Of a stretch of DNA of 64,000 bases, positions 20,198-30,173 are shown piece by piece. How positions within the stretch are numbered: the stretch's first letter is position 1; each line of letters starts with the position of its first letter. Position numbers and translations under genes: made by a program. The notes beneath the pieces are model-generated. The model saw only the letters and a list, made by a program, of their open reading frames with translations, was not told where the DNA came from and made no database searches. This DNA comes from Chlamydiia bacterium (GTDB lineage Bacteria > Chlamydiota > Chlamydiia > Chlamydiales > GCA-2402025): the NCBI GenBank assembly GCA_022601395.1, contig JAJACS010000003.1, positions 43,702 through 107,701 on the forward strand, given 5' to 3'.

Positions 20198-20611
20198 ATG
20201 CTTCTTTGGATACTTATCGGGGTTATATTTCTTATAGCAGAAATCTTAACCACAAGTTTTTTCATCGTTTTTTTTGGACTTGCAGCATTTACCATCGCTG
20301 CCATTTGCTCTATCTGGCTTCTTCAACTCCCTATGCAAATTGGGGGCTTTGCTGTCCTTGCTTTGCTCTATCTCCTGGTATTTAGAAGGTTGTTTAAAAA
20401 GAGAAAGGTTAAAGCTGTTACCGACTTTAGTGATACCTCTTTAATTGGAGAAATTGGCCTGATTCAAGAGGATGTGCCAAGCAGCGGTTATGGGAAAGTT
20501 CTAGTTAGAGACACATACTGGAGAGCCGTTTCAAACCAAAACCTTGGAAAAGGAACGAAAGTAAAAATTATTAACCAACAGAACCTTACATTGGAGGTAC
20601 AAGTACTATGA
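20198..20611 (+). CDS. NfeD-family membrane protein
   Basis: ATG at 20198 follows AAGGAG by 7 nt. There are two to three N-terminal TM helices and a C-terminal OB-like domain (GKVLVRDTYWRAVS...GTKVKII). It overlaps the SPFH gene by 4 nt, the classic NfeD-SPFH operon arrangement. Confidence 0.7.
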   Translation: MLLWILIGVIFLIAEILTTSFFIVFFGLAAFTIAAICSIWLLQLPMQIGGFAVLALLYLLVFRRLFKKRKVKAVTDFSDTSLIGEIGLIQEDVPSSGYGKVLVRDTYWRAVSNQNLGKGTKVKIINQQNLTLEVQVL

Positions 20612-21567
20612 TTACACCACTTGTCATTAGCGGAGCCATTGTTCTTTTCACACTGATTACGATATCTAGAGCGAGTTATATCGTACCTCAAAGAAGTGTG
20701 TATATCATTGAGCGCCTCGGGAAATACCAAAAGCAATTACATGCAGGATTTCATTTAATTTTTCCATTTATCGATAGAGTAGCCTACAAGCACTCATTAA
20801 AAGAGATCGCAATTGACGTTCCTGTTCAGGTTTGTATCACAAGAGATAATATTGCAGTAGAAGTTGACGGCGTACTTTATCTACAAGTTATGGAGCCAAA
20901 AAAGGCTTCTTACGGAATTGCCAACTACCTGTTTGCAACAACACAAATTGCACAAACAACCATGAGAAGTGTAATTGGTACGCTTGATCTCGACCAAACT
21001 TTTGAAGAGAGAAGCACAATCAATGGAAGCATCGTAGAAGCTGCTGACAAAGCCTCTGATCCATGGGGAATCAAAGTCACTCGTTACGAGATTAAAGATA
21101 TTAAACCTCCTAAGAGCATTAAAGATGCCATGGAAAAGCAGATGCGTGCTGAAAGAGAGAAAAGAGCCCTTATCGCTCAATCAGAGGGAGAGAAGCAAGC
21201 GCAAATCAACCGCTCTGAAGGTATTAAGCAGGAAATGATTGCACTTTCTGAAGGTGAGCTTAAAAAGCGATTTAACGAAGCAGAAGGTAAAGCTGGAGAA
21301 ATCAGTAAAATTGCCGAGGCAACAGCCTTTGGGATTAAAACTGTTGCTGATGCATTGCAATCAGAAGGTGGAGAAAAAGCGATCACTCTTCGAGTTGCAG
21401 AGCAGTACCTAAGTGAATTTGGGAAACTAGCAAAGACAGGTAACACGATGATTATACCATCGAACCTTTCAGATATTGGTTCTGTTATCTCTTCTGCTAC
21501 ATCCATATTCAAAAATACTGGTAATGTAAAAGCTGAAGAGTTTTTCTGCGACTCTCAAACAAAATAA
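20608..21567 (+). CDS. SPFH/band-7 (stomatin/paraslipin-like) protein
   Basis: 319 aa. N-terminal anchor, SPFH core (ITRDNIAVEVDGVLYLQV...RSVIGTLDLDQTFEER) and a coiled-coil tail. Confidence 0.9.
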   Translation: MITPLVISGAIVLFTLITISRASYIVPQRSVYIIERLGKYQKQLHAGFHLIFPFIDRVAYKHSLKEIAIDVPVQVCITRDNIAVEVDGVLYLQVMEPKKASYGIANYLFATTQIAQTTMRSVIGTLDLDQTFEERSTINGSIVEAADKASDPWGIKVTRYEIKDIKPPKSIKDAMEKQMRAEREKRALIAQSEGEKQAQINRSEGIKQEMIALSEGELKKRFNEAEGKAGEISKIAEATAFGIKTVADALQSEGGEKAITLRVAEQYLSEFGKLAKTGNTMIIPSNLSDIGSVISSATSIFKNTGNVKAEEFFCDSQTK

Positions 21568-21636
21568 AAGCAAGTTCTTGCAAACAAGGACTGTTTTTGT
21601 AACATTGTGGGCACAAGAAACTATTTGGAGGTTTAG

Positions 21637-22008
21637 ATGATTTCTGTTTCCTATTTAGCGTGCCCACATCAGCATAAAGACAAAGACATTAAAAGAAAGC
21701 GCCTAGATGCTGTAACCCACGTGGCTGCACTTCTTCATGGAAAAGAAGATTACGTCTACTCTCCCCTAACTCACAATTTGCCTATGAGCGATTATGGCTT
21801 AGAGCAATCTTTTGATCTCTGGAAGGCGTTTGATCTTGAAATGGTAGAGAGATGCGATAGGCTCTACGTGTTAGCTCTTCCAGGTTGGGACTTGTCTGAA
21901 GGTGTGCAAGCCGAAATAAACCACGCAAAGAAGCATAACAAACCAATTAAAATGCTTGAGTATGACCTTGAGTCTAAGCAACTCCGCGAAAGAAGTTATA
22001 TGGTTTAG
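21637..22008 (+). CDS. DUF1937-like small protein (nucleoside 2-deoxyribosyltransferase-like fold)
   Basis: 123 aa. The pattern YLACP...YSPLTH...L.LPGW..S.G...E...A is as I recall for DUF1937. Confidence 0.45.
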   Translation: MISVSYLACPHQHKDKDIKRKRLDAVTHVAALLHGKEDYVYSPLTHNLPMSDYGLEQSFDLWKAFDLEMVERCDRLYVLALPGWDLSEGVQAEINHAKKHNKPIKMLEYDLESKQLRERSYMV

Positions 22009-22029
22009 CAGGACATCTTAAAACTAAAC

Positions 22030-23685
22030 TTACGTCTTAGGTTTTGAGCTTCTAATTCTTTCAGACCTTCTTAACACTATTGGCGGACTTTGTGTTTTAT
22101 CCTTATCTGCCTCTGTAGCTTCAGCAGTTTCCTTTCGGGTCTTTCTCCTAGAAGGAGCTGGGGGTTGTCCTTTCTCTTCTTCCAAATCTTCTTCGATAGT
22201 CACAGCCCCTCTGAGTGGATCTACGGTAGAATCAGGTATAGATCGCGCTCTTGTATTTACCGAAGCTGAACCCGCTTCTTTCGGTAAGTCTTTTGCAATC
22301 ACTTTGTGATATGCAACAAGAGCTTTCTGGAATGCTTTTATCTGATCTGTGTGCTCTAGTCTAAATTGACGCTCTGAAGTTTCTATGCTTTTTTCAAGAG
22401 CTTTAATTTCAACTTCATTTTCACTTTCCAATTCTTTCTTAAACTTTTCTATGTCGTGCATAGCACCTTGCACAAACTTTCTAAGATCTTTTTCAAAGCT
22501 AAGTAAGTTTTTTTTGTGTTTAAGCTCTGCTGCTTTAAGTTTATCTTTGTATTGGTTTCTTTGAGCGAGAAAAAGAACTTTGTCTGATTCTTTTTCTATC
22601 TTGCTTGGATCATTTTCACCTCTAGGAAAATAGGCAAGCTCTAGTATTTTTATCTGCTCTTCACAATCCTTCGAGATGACTTCCCATTCATTGCGAATTT
22701 CTTTTACTCTCTTCCAGAACCTAAACTGCCCTTTCGCGATATCTTCATAACTATCAAGAACTTGATAGGAAGCACCTATTTTCTCTTCAAAGCCTTTAAG
22801 CAACTGATGCTTCGTATTATATCTAACAAAAAACTCATTCGTCTCTTCACCGAACTCAGCTTTTTTCTCTTTGAATTTCTCCGATTTCTCTAGAATTTCA
22901 TCTTTTCTATCCTGCTTAAATACTCCCACTTCAAATAAGAACTCAATGTTTGCATTGATTGTTTCAATAACATTATTTGCTTCGGTAAGATCTTCTACAG
23001 ATAAAACACTTTTAGCCTTAAAAGCATCTACACCAATGTAGTTTTTAAACTTTTCTATCCAGACGCTGTTCTCCAAGAAGGTGTAGTCTGGGATGTTTGC
23101 ATCAAGATCTTTTTCTGCAAGATAAGCGCTATGTGCCTTCTTATAAAAATCAATCGTTTCAGAAAGGTTCATGTATTTTGTTTCGAGGCAGAAAGCCTTA
23201 GCAAAATCACTTGGACTTAGCAATTCATGCTTAAACAACTTATTTAAACTGCCATGCTCCCCTTCAAGTTTTGCAAGGGGTCTCAGGGCCGCTTTTTTAA
23301 GATCGTCTGTCTCAAAGTAGTCAATACCATCTAAATACTCAAAAATTTTAAAACTTTCTTGCGCATCCTTCTTGTAAGTCTCAAGATAGACAGAGTCATG
23401 ATATCTCTTTACATTCTGTATTACATGTAGAGCAGCGGCTCCTATAGAAAGCAGTACCAAAGAGAATATTAACGAAGAGGTTGAAAAACCAATGACAGTC
23501 GCAGAGAGAATAAATGTCACACTACCTATTGTAAGAGTGGCTCCAGATATCACAGAAAGCGCGAAGTCGCTCACTTTATTCTCTAGATATGACATCGCAG
23601 TTTTATAAGTCGAATTTTCAAGGAAGCCAATAGTATTGCTACCAAGTAATATATTCCTTGAATGTCCTAAAGAACTTATAGACAT
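22030..23685 (-). CDS. hypothetical Inc-like membrane protein with long coiled coil and basic Pro-rich tail
   Basis: 551 aa. Bilobed hydrophobic segment ALSVISGATLTIGSVTFILSATVIGF / STSSLIFSLVLLSIGAAALHVI about 40 aa from the N-terminus. The rest is a charged helical region, and the C-terminus reads PPAPSRRKTRKE...RRSERIRSSKPKT. Confidence 0.5.
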   Translation of the reverse strand: MSISSLGHSRNILLGSNTIGFLENSTYKTAMSYLENKVSDFALSVISGATLTIGSVTFILSATVIGFSTSSLIFSLVLLSIGAAALHVIQNVKRYHDSVYLETYKKDAQESFKIFEYLDGIDYFETDDLKKAALRPLAKLEGEHGSLNKLFKHELLSPSDFAKAFCLETKYMNLSETIDFYKKAHSAYLAEKDLDANIPDYTFLENSVWIEKFKNYIGVDAFKAKSVLSVEDLTEANNVIETINANIEFLFEVGVFKQDRKDEILEKSEKFKEKKAEFGEETNEFFVRYNTKHQLLKGFEEKIGASYQVLDSYEDIAKGQFRFWKRVKEIRNEWEVISKDCEEQIKILELAYFPRGENDPSKIEKESDKVLFLAQRNQYKDKLKAAELKHKKNLLSFEKDLRKFVQGAMHDIEKFKKELESENEVEIKALEKSIETSERQFRLEHTDQIKAFQKALVAYHKVIAKDLPKEAGSASVNTRARSIPDSTVDPLRGAVTIEEDLEEEKGQPPAPSRRKTRKETAEATEADKDKTQSPPIVLRRSERIRSSKPKT

Positions 23686-23869
23686 AGATCCTCACGCGCT
23701 TAATAAAAGCGTAAATAGTAATACAATATTCTATTATAATCAAGTAAAGCACGTTAAACGCAATAATCTTTAATTCATTAAAACATTTAATAAATTAAGA
23801 ATCTCAAGTCAAATATTTAACTTTACCTTGAAGCACTACTTTGGAGTAAAGTAAAAGTTAATCCTAAGC

Positions 23870-24820
23870 TCAAGCCTCTACAATAATGTTAACAGGCGCT
23901 GCTGTAGCTTGAAAATTTCCTTTACCATTCAAAATTCTATTGTAAACACTATCAAATCCATTTAGTGCATTTTTGTAGGCATCATCAATATTAGAAACTT
24001 CACGTGACTTCCAGATATCCCATGGGGCCATTAACTCTCTATATTTACCCTCTATCTTTAGCTCCATAAGTCTATTGATCTTTCTTAGTGTTTCATCTTC
24101 ACTAGACAAGTTCGCATGATCTCTTTCATATCTTCCCCACTCGATGCTAGTGCGATTACTTCTACATCCATTAACCCAACTGGTAATATGCTTAGTTCCT
24201 TCTGTATAACAGCGTGTCACTTCGAGAAGATCAGCATCCTTAGCAGTATCAAGATCAAATTTATCTAGGTATAGGTTTGCGAGGTTAGCGTAGAAAGCGC
24301 AACGCATCTCATCTGTTAACCCTAAAAGTTTTGTTTCGAAAAGGTCATACCTAACAATCTTATCAACTGTGAAATGACTTAGGACTTCTCTAAATGACCA
24401 GTCTCCAATAACATCTAGAACAGCATTTCTAACCACTGGTTTATCGAGATCATACTCTCTAAAAGAAAGGCAAAATTGAATGGTACTATATACACAAACA
24501 GCTGACAGCACAATCATCCCCACCATTGCTGTTCCAATTGCTGTACTTGCGCAAGCAAAAGCTCCAATGCCTGAGAGCGTTGCTATTGAGAAGTTAAATA
24601 TCTTCCTTTCTTGTAGCGATGTGAAAGTTTTATTTCTTTCTTTTCCAATGTCTGTTCTCATTTTGAAAAGGAAGTTGTTTATCTCTGCTTGGCTCACATC
24701 AAGATTATGATTCACCTCAAAAAAGTATGAATTATTCACAGGTGGAAATACCTGTTCAGGTGCAGAAAATAGTCCAATGCTATTCAATGCAAGATCTGCG
24801 ATTTCTGGAACTGATGACAT
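23870..24820 (-). CDS. hypothetical Inc-like membrane protein
   Basis: 316 aa. Bilobed hydrophobic segment IATLSGIGAFACASTAIGTAMVGMIVLSAVCVYSTIQF about 85 aa from the N-terminus. No known motif. Confidence 0.5.
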   Translation of the reverse strand: MSSVPEIADLALNSIGLFSAPEQVFPPVNNSYFFEVNHNLDVSQAEINNFLFKMRTDIGKERNKTFTSLQERKIFNFSIATLSGIGAFACASTAIGTAMVGMIVLSAVCVYSTIQFCLSFREYDLDKPVVRNAVLDVIGDWSFREVLSHFTVDKIVRYDLFETKLLGLTDEMRCAFYANLANLYLDKFDLDTAKDADLLEVTRCYTEGTKHITSWVNGCRSNRTSIEWGRYERDHANLSSEDETLRKINRLMELKIEGKYRELMAPWDIWKSREVSNIDDAYKNALNGFDSVYNRILNGKGNFQATAAPVNIIVEA

Positions 24821-25035
24821 TACGTAACCTCTTCAAAAAATTAGGATGTCAAAGTATAACAATTAGCAATCATTAATAAGAAATAAAAAAAAGCGAAAAC
24901 ATCAGTAATTAATTATAACTAAACCGATAAAGACAAAATTAACTAGATATACAGAATAAATAGTATATATATTTATTCGATTGGAAATTTATAAAATAAA
25001 AGGTGTTAGATCCCATCAGAAAAGAAGTTCACTTC

Positions 25036-25545
25036 CTAAGAGTTTGCTTCTTCCTTTGAGTAATCGGTAACACCATGCTTTTGAAGAACTTTTTGACGCC
25101 TATCCTCTAGAGCATCAATCTCTTCTTGAATCCTAGTCGCAATCTCTCGATTGATCTGAGCTTGCTGCCAAGCTCTTCTAGCATCAATCAAATTATTATT
25201 TTCGAACTGAAGACGATCTCCTTGATTTTGGAGTCTTGTAGCCTTGGCTAGATAAAGGTTTCTTTGGTTTACAAGCTTGTCTATCTCTTCATTAAGACCA
25301 TCAATATCTTCCTTCCATCCTTCTTTAGAAGAATACTGACTCTGCTTATGAGTGATAAATTCTACATCTGGACTCTTTATGGAAAAAGCTTCATCCGCAC
25401 ATGCGCTACCAAGAGCAAGAAGCACAGTGAAAACACTTACTCTTAAGACGTTCAAAACCAAATCTCTCTCTCTTTTTTTAATACTATTCTTAGATATACC
25501 GCAAAATCTTAATGCCGTCGACCCTTCTTTTCTACAAAAATACAT
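25036..25545 (-). CDS. hypothetical secreted coiled-coil protein
   Basis: An internal signal-peptide-like segment (VLNVLRVSVFTVLLALGSACA) suggests the real start is the TTG at about 25461. The remainder is heptad-rich (NLYLAKATRLQNQGDRLQ...). Confidence 0.45.
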   Translation of the reverse strand: MYFCRKEGSTALRFCGISKNSIKKRERDLVLNVLRVSVFTVLLALGSACADEAFSIKSPDVEFITHKQSQYSSKEGWKEDIDGLNEEIDKLVNQRNLYLAKATRLQNQGDRLQFENNNLIDARRAWQQAQINREIATRIQEEIDALEDRRQKVLQKHGVTDYSKEEANS

Positions 25546-25621
25546 TAAAATTTAAGATTTGTTGCAATCCCTATTCTTCTAATGATAAAATAACCCTTTA
25601 AAACATTTAGAAATCCCTTCT

Positions 25622-26638
25622 ATGAAACTTTTTAAGTCTTTAATTTTTTGCAGCTTACTACTATCGACACATTTTTGCTTTTCTTTCACAATGAAAGAAA
25701 AGTTTGAAAATGCCGAATCTGGTTCTTACATTGTGACAGAGTTCCAAAACGTACTTAGTCTCCTTAGGATACATAGCTTGGAAGAAGACAAGCTCTACAT
25801 AGAAGAGATCAATGCACCTGCAAGCTCCCCTCTTATAAAGAAGAAAAAGTGGGAAGAGTGGATTCAAAACAAAGCACCAGGAGCAAGCTCTTGGCTTCTC
25901 TATGAAATCGACTTAAAAAAAGGCACCATTACTGATTGCTATAGCTTTGATCAAAAGACACACATCAACCTAGAGAATCAACAGTCCTTTCTGGCTACCT
26001 TGATGTTTTTAAGACTTGAGCCTATCACAGGCTCTGACCGTAAAAAAATCGGCCCTAAACCTGAAGATGAAGCTAGTGACCAAAGAAAGGTTTGGAACCC
26101 TCCTAAAGTTGTGTCTGGCAAGAAAGTTAAGGGTACGAATTTTCTTGCAATGAGAACCAAGTGGCCAAAGGATGGCAGTGAGCTATCACAAAGAACCATT
26201 GACCTTTACTTTGATGAAAAAGAAACTTCCTTCCCTTTCCCTTATTGGATAGAGGTAGGAGACACTCATAACGTTTTCAAGCTACGTGTTACAGACTCTG
26301 GCAACTGTAAAAATAGTCCTCTAAAGCGCATGCCAAAGAAGTTGATTGAAGTAGATAGTATTTCTTTGGATAAGAAAAAAGGACTTAACATTGTTTTGAA
26401 ACACGCAAATGCATATAAAGAATTTCAAATCCTTGCCACAGCTTCTTCAGGACACACTTTTGCTACGATCCTTCTTCCTCACAAAATTGAAACAGAAGGT
26501 TCTGAGTTTAAAATACATGTCCCTACAGATGTTTTAGAACAACATTTAGAGACGAACACAGCTTATACATTTGTAATTCTTCCTGTAGATGAGCCCCGTC
26601 TTGCAGCTGAGCCCAGACAAAGTTTTGTTTGGCGCTAA
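25622..26638 (+). CDS. hypothetical secreted protein
   Basis: 338-aa ORF with an N-terminal signal peptide (LFKSLIFCSLLLSTHFCFS). No recognised domain. It sits directly upstream of lepB. Confidence 0.55.
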   Translation: MKLFKSLIFCSLLLSTHFCFSFTMKEKFENAESGSYIVTEFQNVLSLLRIHSLEEDKLYIEEINAPASSPLIKKKKWEEWIQNKAPGASSWLLYEIDLKKGTITDCYSFDQKTHINLENQQSFLATLMFLRLEPITGSDRKKIGPKPEDEASDQRKVWNPPKVVSGKKVKGTNFLAMRTKWPKDGSELSQRTIDLYFDEKETSFPFPYWIEVGDTHNVFKLRVTDSGNCKNSPLKRMPKKLIEVDSISLDKKKGLNIVLKHANAYKEFQILATASSGHTFATILLPHKIETEGSEFKIHVPTDVLEQHLETNTAYTFVILPVDEPRLAAEPRQSFVWR

Positions 26639-26691
26639 AACCCTGATCGCTCTACAATTAAGTGGATTCTAACCCTAATTGTAGACATGTC

Positions 26692-28590
26692 ATGAATTCA
26701 TCAAGTTCCACACTACTGTTTTCAAAATCTAAATATAGCCTAAGAAAATGTAAGAATATTTTCTTCCAGATACTTAAGCAGTATAAGAGAAAGAAAAAGC
26801 ACATGACATCATCTGCAAGAAACGAGATGAATAAAGCCTTTGAAGCTGCACAAGCAGCTATTCTTGCCAAAGACAAGTCTACTGCAGGTCAGCGTATAGA
26901 AGATTTAGAAGCACTCAGTTCAATACACCTTAGAAAAAATGCTTTTGACAAACTTAGAGACTTTTTTGGTGCTTTGATTTTCGCTCTAGTTATTGCTGTT
27001 GTTGTTCGTCAGATGTGGTTTGAGTACTACGAAATCCCAACAGGATCAATGAGGCCTACATTAAAAGAAAAGGACCGCCTTGTCGTTTCTAAGAACCAGT
27101 TTGGTGTAAACGTCCCTCTTTTACCAAAACACTTCTACTTCAACCCAAGCCTTGTAAAACGTGGTGGAATTGTAGTGTTCTCTGGAAGAGATATGGATAT
27201 CCCTGATGTGAACACCATGTACTTCTACCTCTTTCCTGGTAAGAAACAATATATTAAGAGACTGATTGGTAAGCCTGGAGATACTCTGTATTTTGCATCA
27301 GGTAATATCTATGGAATTGACAAAGATGGGAATGATATTTCAAGTGACATTCAAAGAGAAACTCTTGGTAAGATCAACCATATCCCCTACATTCACTTTG
27401 AAGGAAGGGCTATCTCTCCTAAGTCTCCAGTGCAAGGAATATTCAGCCCTGTTGTCATTTACCAAATGAATGAGCCTGTTGCCAAGCTCTACGTCTCATC
27501 AAACAGACAAGTCCAAGGTGAGATGCTTCCAATTGCAACAGACGGCGATTCAAAAATCACAAAGTATGAAGATCTTTGGGGATTCAAAAACTACGCAATG
27601 GCCCGTATCATAGATAGAAAACAATATCTTTCTTTCAACGGGGCTAATTTAGAGAATATAACGCCATCTGACCTTTACCTAGAACTTACTCATTCTCCAA
27701 GCCTTCAAAATGCAACTCTTGAAAGAGACTACTACGGTAGAGTAAGACCTTCTGTTGGCCTTAGCAAATCCTACATTCCTCTTAATGAAACCCACCTGAA
27801 ACGTCTTTTTGACAATCTTTACACTGCACGTTTCCTTGTTGATGAAAATGGAAGTATCAGGCGCTATGGTTATAAAAAGTCCCAACAACCTAAGATGTTC
27901 CAAGCTAAGATCGATAATGTTCCTGCAGGAACTTATGAATTTTACCATGGGAAGGCGCACAAAATTGGCTGGCAAGGTGCATTAACAGAACTTCCTAAGA
28001 ATCACCCTATCTATGCTTTTACTAAAGAAAAAGCAAAAATGTTTTTCAACCTTGGGATAGAATTCGACACAAGATTCTCTCCCGACTCTTCAACCCAATC
28101 ACTACTACCATCAAGGTATGCGTTCTTTAGAGACCAGAACCTCTACGTAATGGACACCCTTACCTTCAATAAAGATGAGAAGGCATTGCAGAATTTCAGA
28201 AAAAATGAAGAGCTACGCTCTTCTTACTCAAACGGCACATACTCAGCTTTCACAGAACAAAAAGTAACAAACAGTGACGGTACACTGAATGTTGATTTTA
28301 TTAAGCAGTATGGAATCACAGTACCTGACAAATCTTATCTTTGTCTCGGTGATAACTACGCTATGAGTGCTGACACAAGAGATTTTGGCTTTGTTCCAGA
28401 AGAGAACCTAAAAGGAGTTCCAGACTTCTTATTCTGGCCCTTTGGTGAAAGATTCGGTTATCCAAACCAGCCTCTCTATGGGTTTATCACTCTTCCAAGA
28501 CTCATTGTTTGGGTACTTGCTTTTGGGACTATTCTTGTTTCTATTATCATTCATAGGAAAAGAACAAAGCTCCCTCAAAAATTTGATTAA
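26692..28590 (+). CDS. lepB: signal peptidase I, long chlamydial-type
   Basis: Catalytic Ser box PTGSMRPTL, Lys box YIKRLIGKPGD and C-terminal box GDNYAMSADTRDFGFV. Its unusual length (>600 aa) matches Chlamydia LepB. First ATG is at 26692; the track ORF begins at a GTG at 26662. Confidence 0.85.
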   Translation: MNSSSSTLLFSKSKYSLRKCKNIFFQILKQYKRKKKHMTSSARNEMNKAFEAAQAAILAKDKSTAGQRIEDLEALSSIHLRKNAFDKLRDFFGALIFALVIAVVVRQMWFEYYEIPTGSMRPTLKEKDRLVVSKNQFGVNVPLLPKHFYFNPSLVKRGGIVVFSGRDMDIPDVNTMYFYLFPGKKQYIKRLIGKPGDTLYFASGNIYGIDKDGNDISSDIQRETLGKINHIPYIHFEGRAISPKSPVQGIFSPVVIYQMNEPVAKLYVSSNRQVQGEMLPIATDGDSKITKYEDLWGFKNYAMARIIDRKQYLSFNGANLENITPSDLYLELTHSPSLQNATLERDYYGRVRPSVGLSKSYIPLNETHLKRLFDNLYTARFLVDENGSIRRYGYKKSQQPKMFQAKIDNVPAGTYEFYHGKAHKIGWQGALTELPKNHPIYAFTKEKAKMFFNLGIEFDTRFSPDSSTQSLLPSRYAFFRDQNLYVMDTLTFNKDEKALQNFRKNEELRSSYSNGTYSAFTEQKVTNSDGTLNVDFIKQYGITVPDKSYLCLGDNYAMSADTRDFGFVPEENLKGVPDFLFWPFGERFGYPNQPLYGFITLPRLIVWVLAFGTILVSIIIHRKRTKLPQKFD

Positions 28591-28647
28591 GCACTTGCTT
28601 TTTACTCCTTTAGAGGTTAAAAAACTGTTTTTTTTAACCGAGGAACT

Positions 28648-29061
28648 ATGGCCGTATCTTATTCATTAGGAACATATTCAAACCAAGAAAAGTCTCTTAT
28701 AGAACAATACCTAACTGCTACACATTATAGCGATGAAGTCGCTCTCAAACGACTTTTTTCAGCTAGCGTGCAAGCAGAATGGACCACAAATAAAAATCCC
28801 TCTGAGCAGATTTCAGGAAGAGATCAAGTCATTGCTAAAATTGCAGCAGTCTACAAAATCGTTACAGGAAGCGAAAGCTTTACTACCACCTTTTTAAATA
28901 ACACCGTGACCCATGATCAAAAACTTATAACAGAAGAAGCTCCAATTAGAATTATTTCTACATTCACCTTTACTTTTTCTGATGATGATGATCATCAAAT
29001 TAAGTCAGTCACCTGCAAAGAGATCATTGACTTTATAGGCAGTCCTCCTTCTTGTAAGTAG
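28648..29061 (+). CDS. small hypothetical protein, paralog 1 of 3 (possibly NTF2/SnoaL-like)
   Basis: 137 aa. It shares the pattern Y..Q.(E/K).I..Y(L/I)....(N/D)....L..L..(P/A)SV.AEW......P....GRD..I..I with the next two ORFs. Confidence 0.6.
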   Translation: MAVSYSLGTYSNQEKSLIEQYLTATHYSDEVALKRLFSASVQAEWTTNKNPSEQISGRDQVIAKIAAVYKIVTGSESFTTTFLNNTVTHDQKLITEEAPIRIISTFTFTFSDDDDHQIKSVTCKEIIDFIGSPPSCK

Positions 29062-29126
29062 TTGTTTATTATCAGTTTTTCATGCTAAGCTCTAGACGAA
29101 ATTTATAAAATTTTGGAGAATTTCTT

Positions 29127-29513
29127 ATGTCTGAACCTTTACCTAGTTACACTCAAGCACAAAAAGAAGTCATTAAAAAGTATATTGCTGCTGCACAAAA
29201 TGGTGTACAAGATGATCTAGAAAGCACGCTTGCTCCCTCAGTAAAAGCTGAGTGGATCATTAATGACGAAGAGCCGGATGTCGTTGAAGGTCGAGATAGT
29301 CTTATTAATCGAATAGTTCAACTTTTAGCAAACACCCACGTAATAAGCTCTGACACCACGTTTAAAGATGGGACATTAAGCCTAGAGCAGAAAATTCATA
29401 CTAATGAAGGCTTAATATTGTCTGATGCAAAAGTAACTTTCGGATTTGAAGGCTTAAAAATAGCACGAATTAACTCTATTGACACTATGACCATATTTGC
29501 TCAAGAAGGGTAA
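29127..29513 (+). CDS. small hypothetical protein, paralog 2 of 3
   Basis: 128 aa. GGAG lies 7 nt upstream of the ATG. It aligns by eye with 28648-29061 (e.g. LAPSVKAEWIINDEEPDVVEGRDSLINRI vs FSASVQAEWTTNKNPSEQISGRDQVIAKI). Confidence 0.6.
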   Translation: MSEPLPSYTQAQKEVIKKYIAAAQNGVQDDLESTLAPSVKAEWIINDEEPDVVEGRDSLINRIVQLLANTHVISSDTTFKDGTLSLEQKIHTNEGLILSDAKVTFGFEGLKIARINSIDTMTIFAQEG

Positions 29514-29531
29514 TCATTACTTTCTTATACT

Positions 29532-29565
29532 AAACCAATCAGAAATTGCTGATTGGTTTATTATT
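29532..29565 (+). terminator. rho-independent-type hairpin after paralog 2
   Basis: 11-bp stem AAACCAATCAG / CTGATTGGTTT, 6-nt loop, followed by ATTATT. Confidence 0.55.
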
Positions 29566-29661
29566 AAAAGTAAATACACACCTTTAGTATATTAACCTAT
29601 TGTTTTTAATTATTTTTCACAATATACTCTTGCTTTTTTTATAATTAAAAGGAGAAGTTAA

Positions 29662-30039
29662 GTGTTTATTAATCTACCTGCTTACAAAGCAGGACAACAG
29701 GAATTAATTACAAGTTTTTTAAGTCATGTCCAACGTAGAGACAACGAAGGTGTAAAATCCACTCTTGATCCAGCTGTAAATACTCAAGCAGTAACTGACT
29801 TTTGTAAAAGAACAGCTATTCAAGGCGTTAAAGACGTAGCTGATAGGGTTCAGGAGTTATTTCCAAGTTTTGAGTGTAATCCATTTAGTGCAAAGTTTGA
29901 AAAAGGGCAAGTAACACTACAGCAAAGCCATAACGGTCTCATTACCGAAACAGCTAAAATGAATTTCACTTTTACAGGTCAAGGACCGCTTTTAAGGATT
30001 TCTAGTATTTTTAGTTTAATAACTACAGTTAGAGATTAG
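29662..30039 (+). CDS. small hypothetical protein, paralog 3 of 3 (most diverged)
   Basis: 125 aa. GTG start 7 nt after AAGGAG. Same layout as the other two (LPAYKAGQQELITSFL...STLDPAVNTQ...GVKDVADRVQELF). Confidence 0.55.
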   Translation: MFINLPAYKAGQQELITSFLSHVQRRDNEGVKSTLDPAVNTQAVTDFCKRTAIQGVKDVADRVQELFPSFECNPFSAKFEKGQVTLQQSHNGLITETAKMNFTFTGQGPLLRISSIFSLITTVRD

Positions 30040-30051
30040 ATCATATGTATA

Positions 30052-30079
30052 ACTTGCTTTAAGTATACTTAAAGCAAGT
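30052..30079. terminator. 28-nt perfect palindrome between convergent genes (candidate bidirectional terminator)
   Basis: ACTTGCTTTAAGTATACTTAAAGCAAGT lies between the stop at 30039 (+) and the ileS stop at 30174 (-). There is no strong U-tract. Confidence 0.4.
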
Positions 30080-30173
30080 AGCATTACTCAGTAGATTTGC
30101 ACCATTAGATCGCAAGCTATCAAGACTTTTTACAAATAGGAAGAGTACAAAGCACTTACCTTCATTAAGATCC

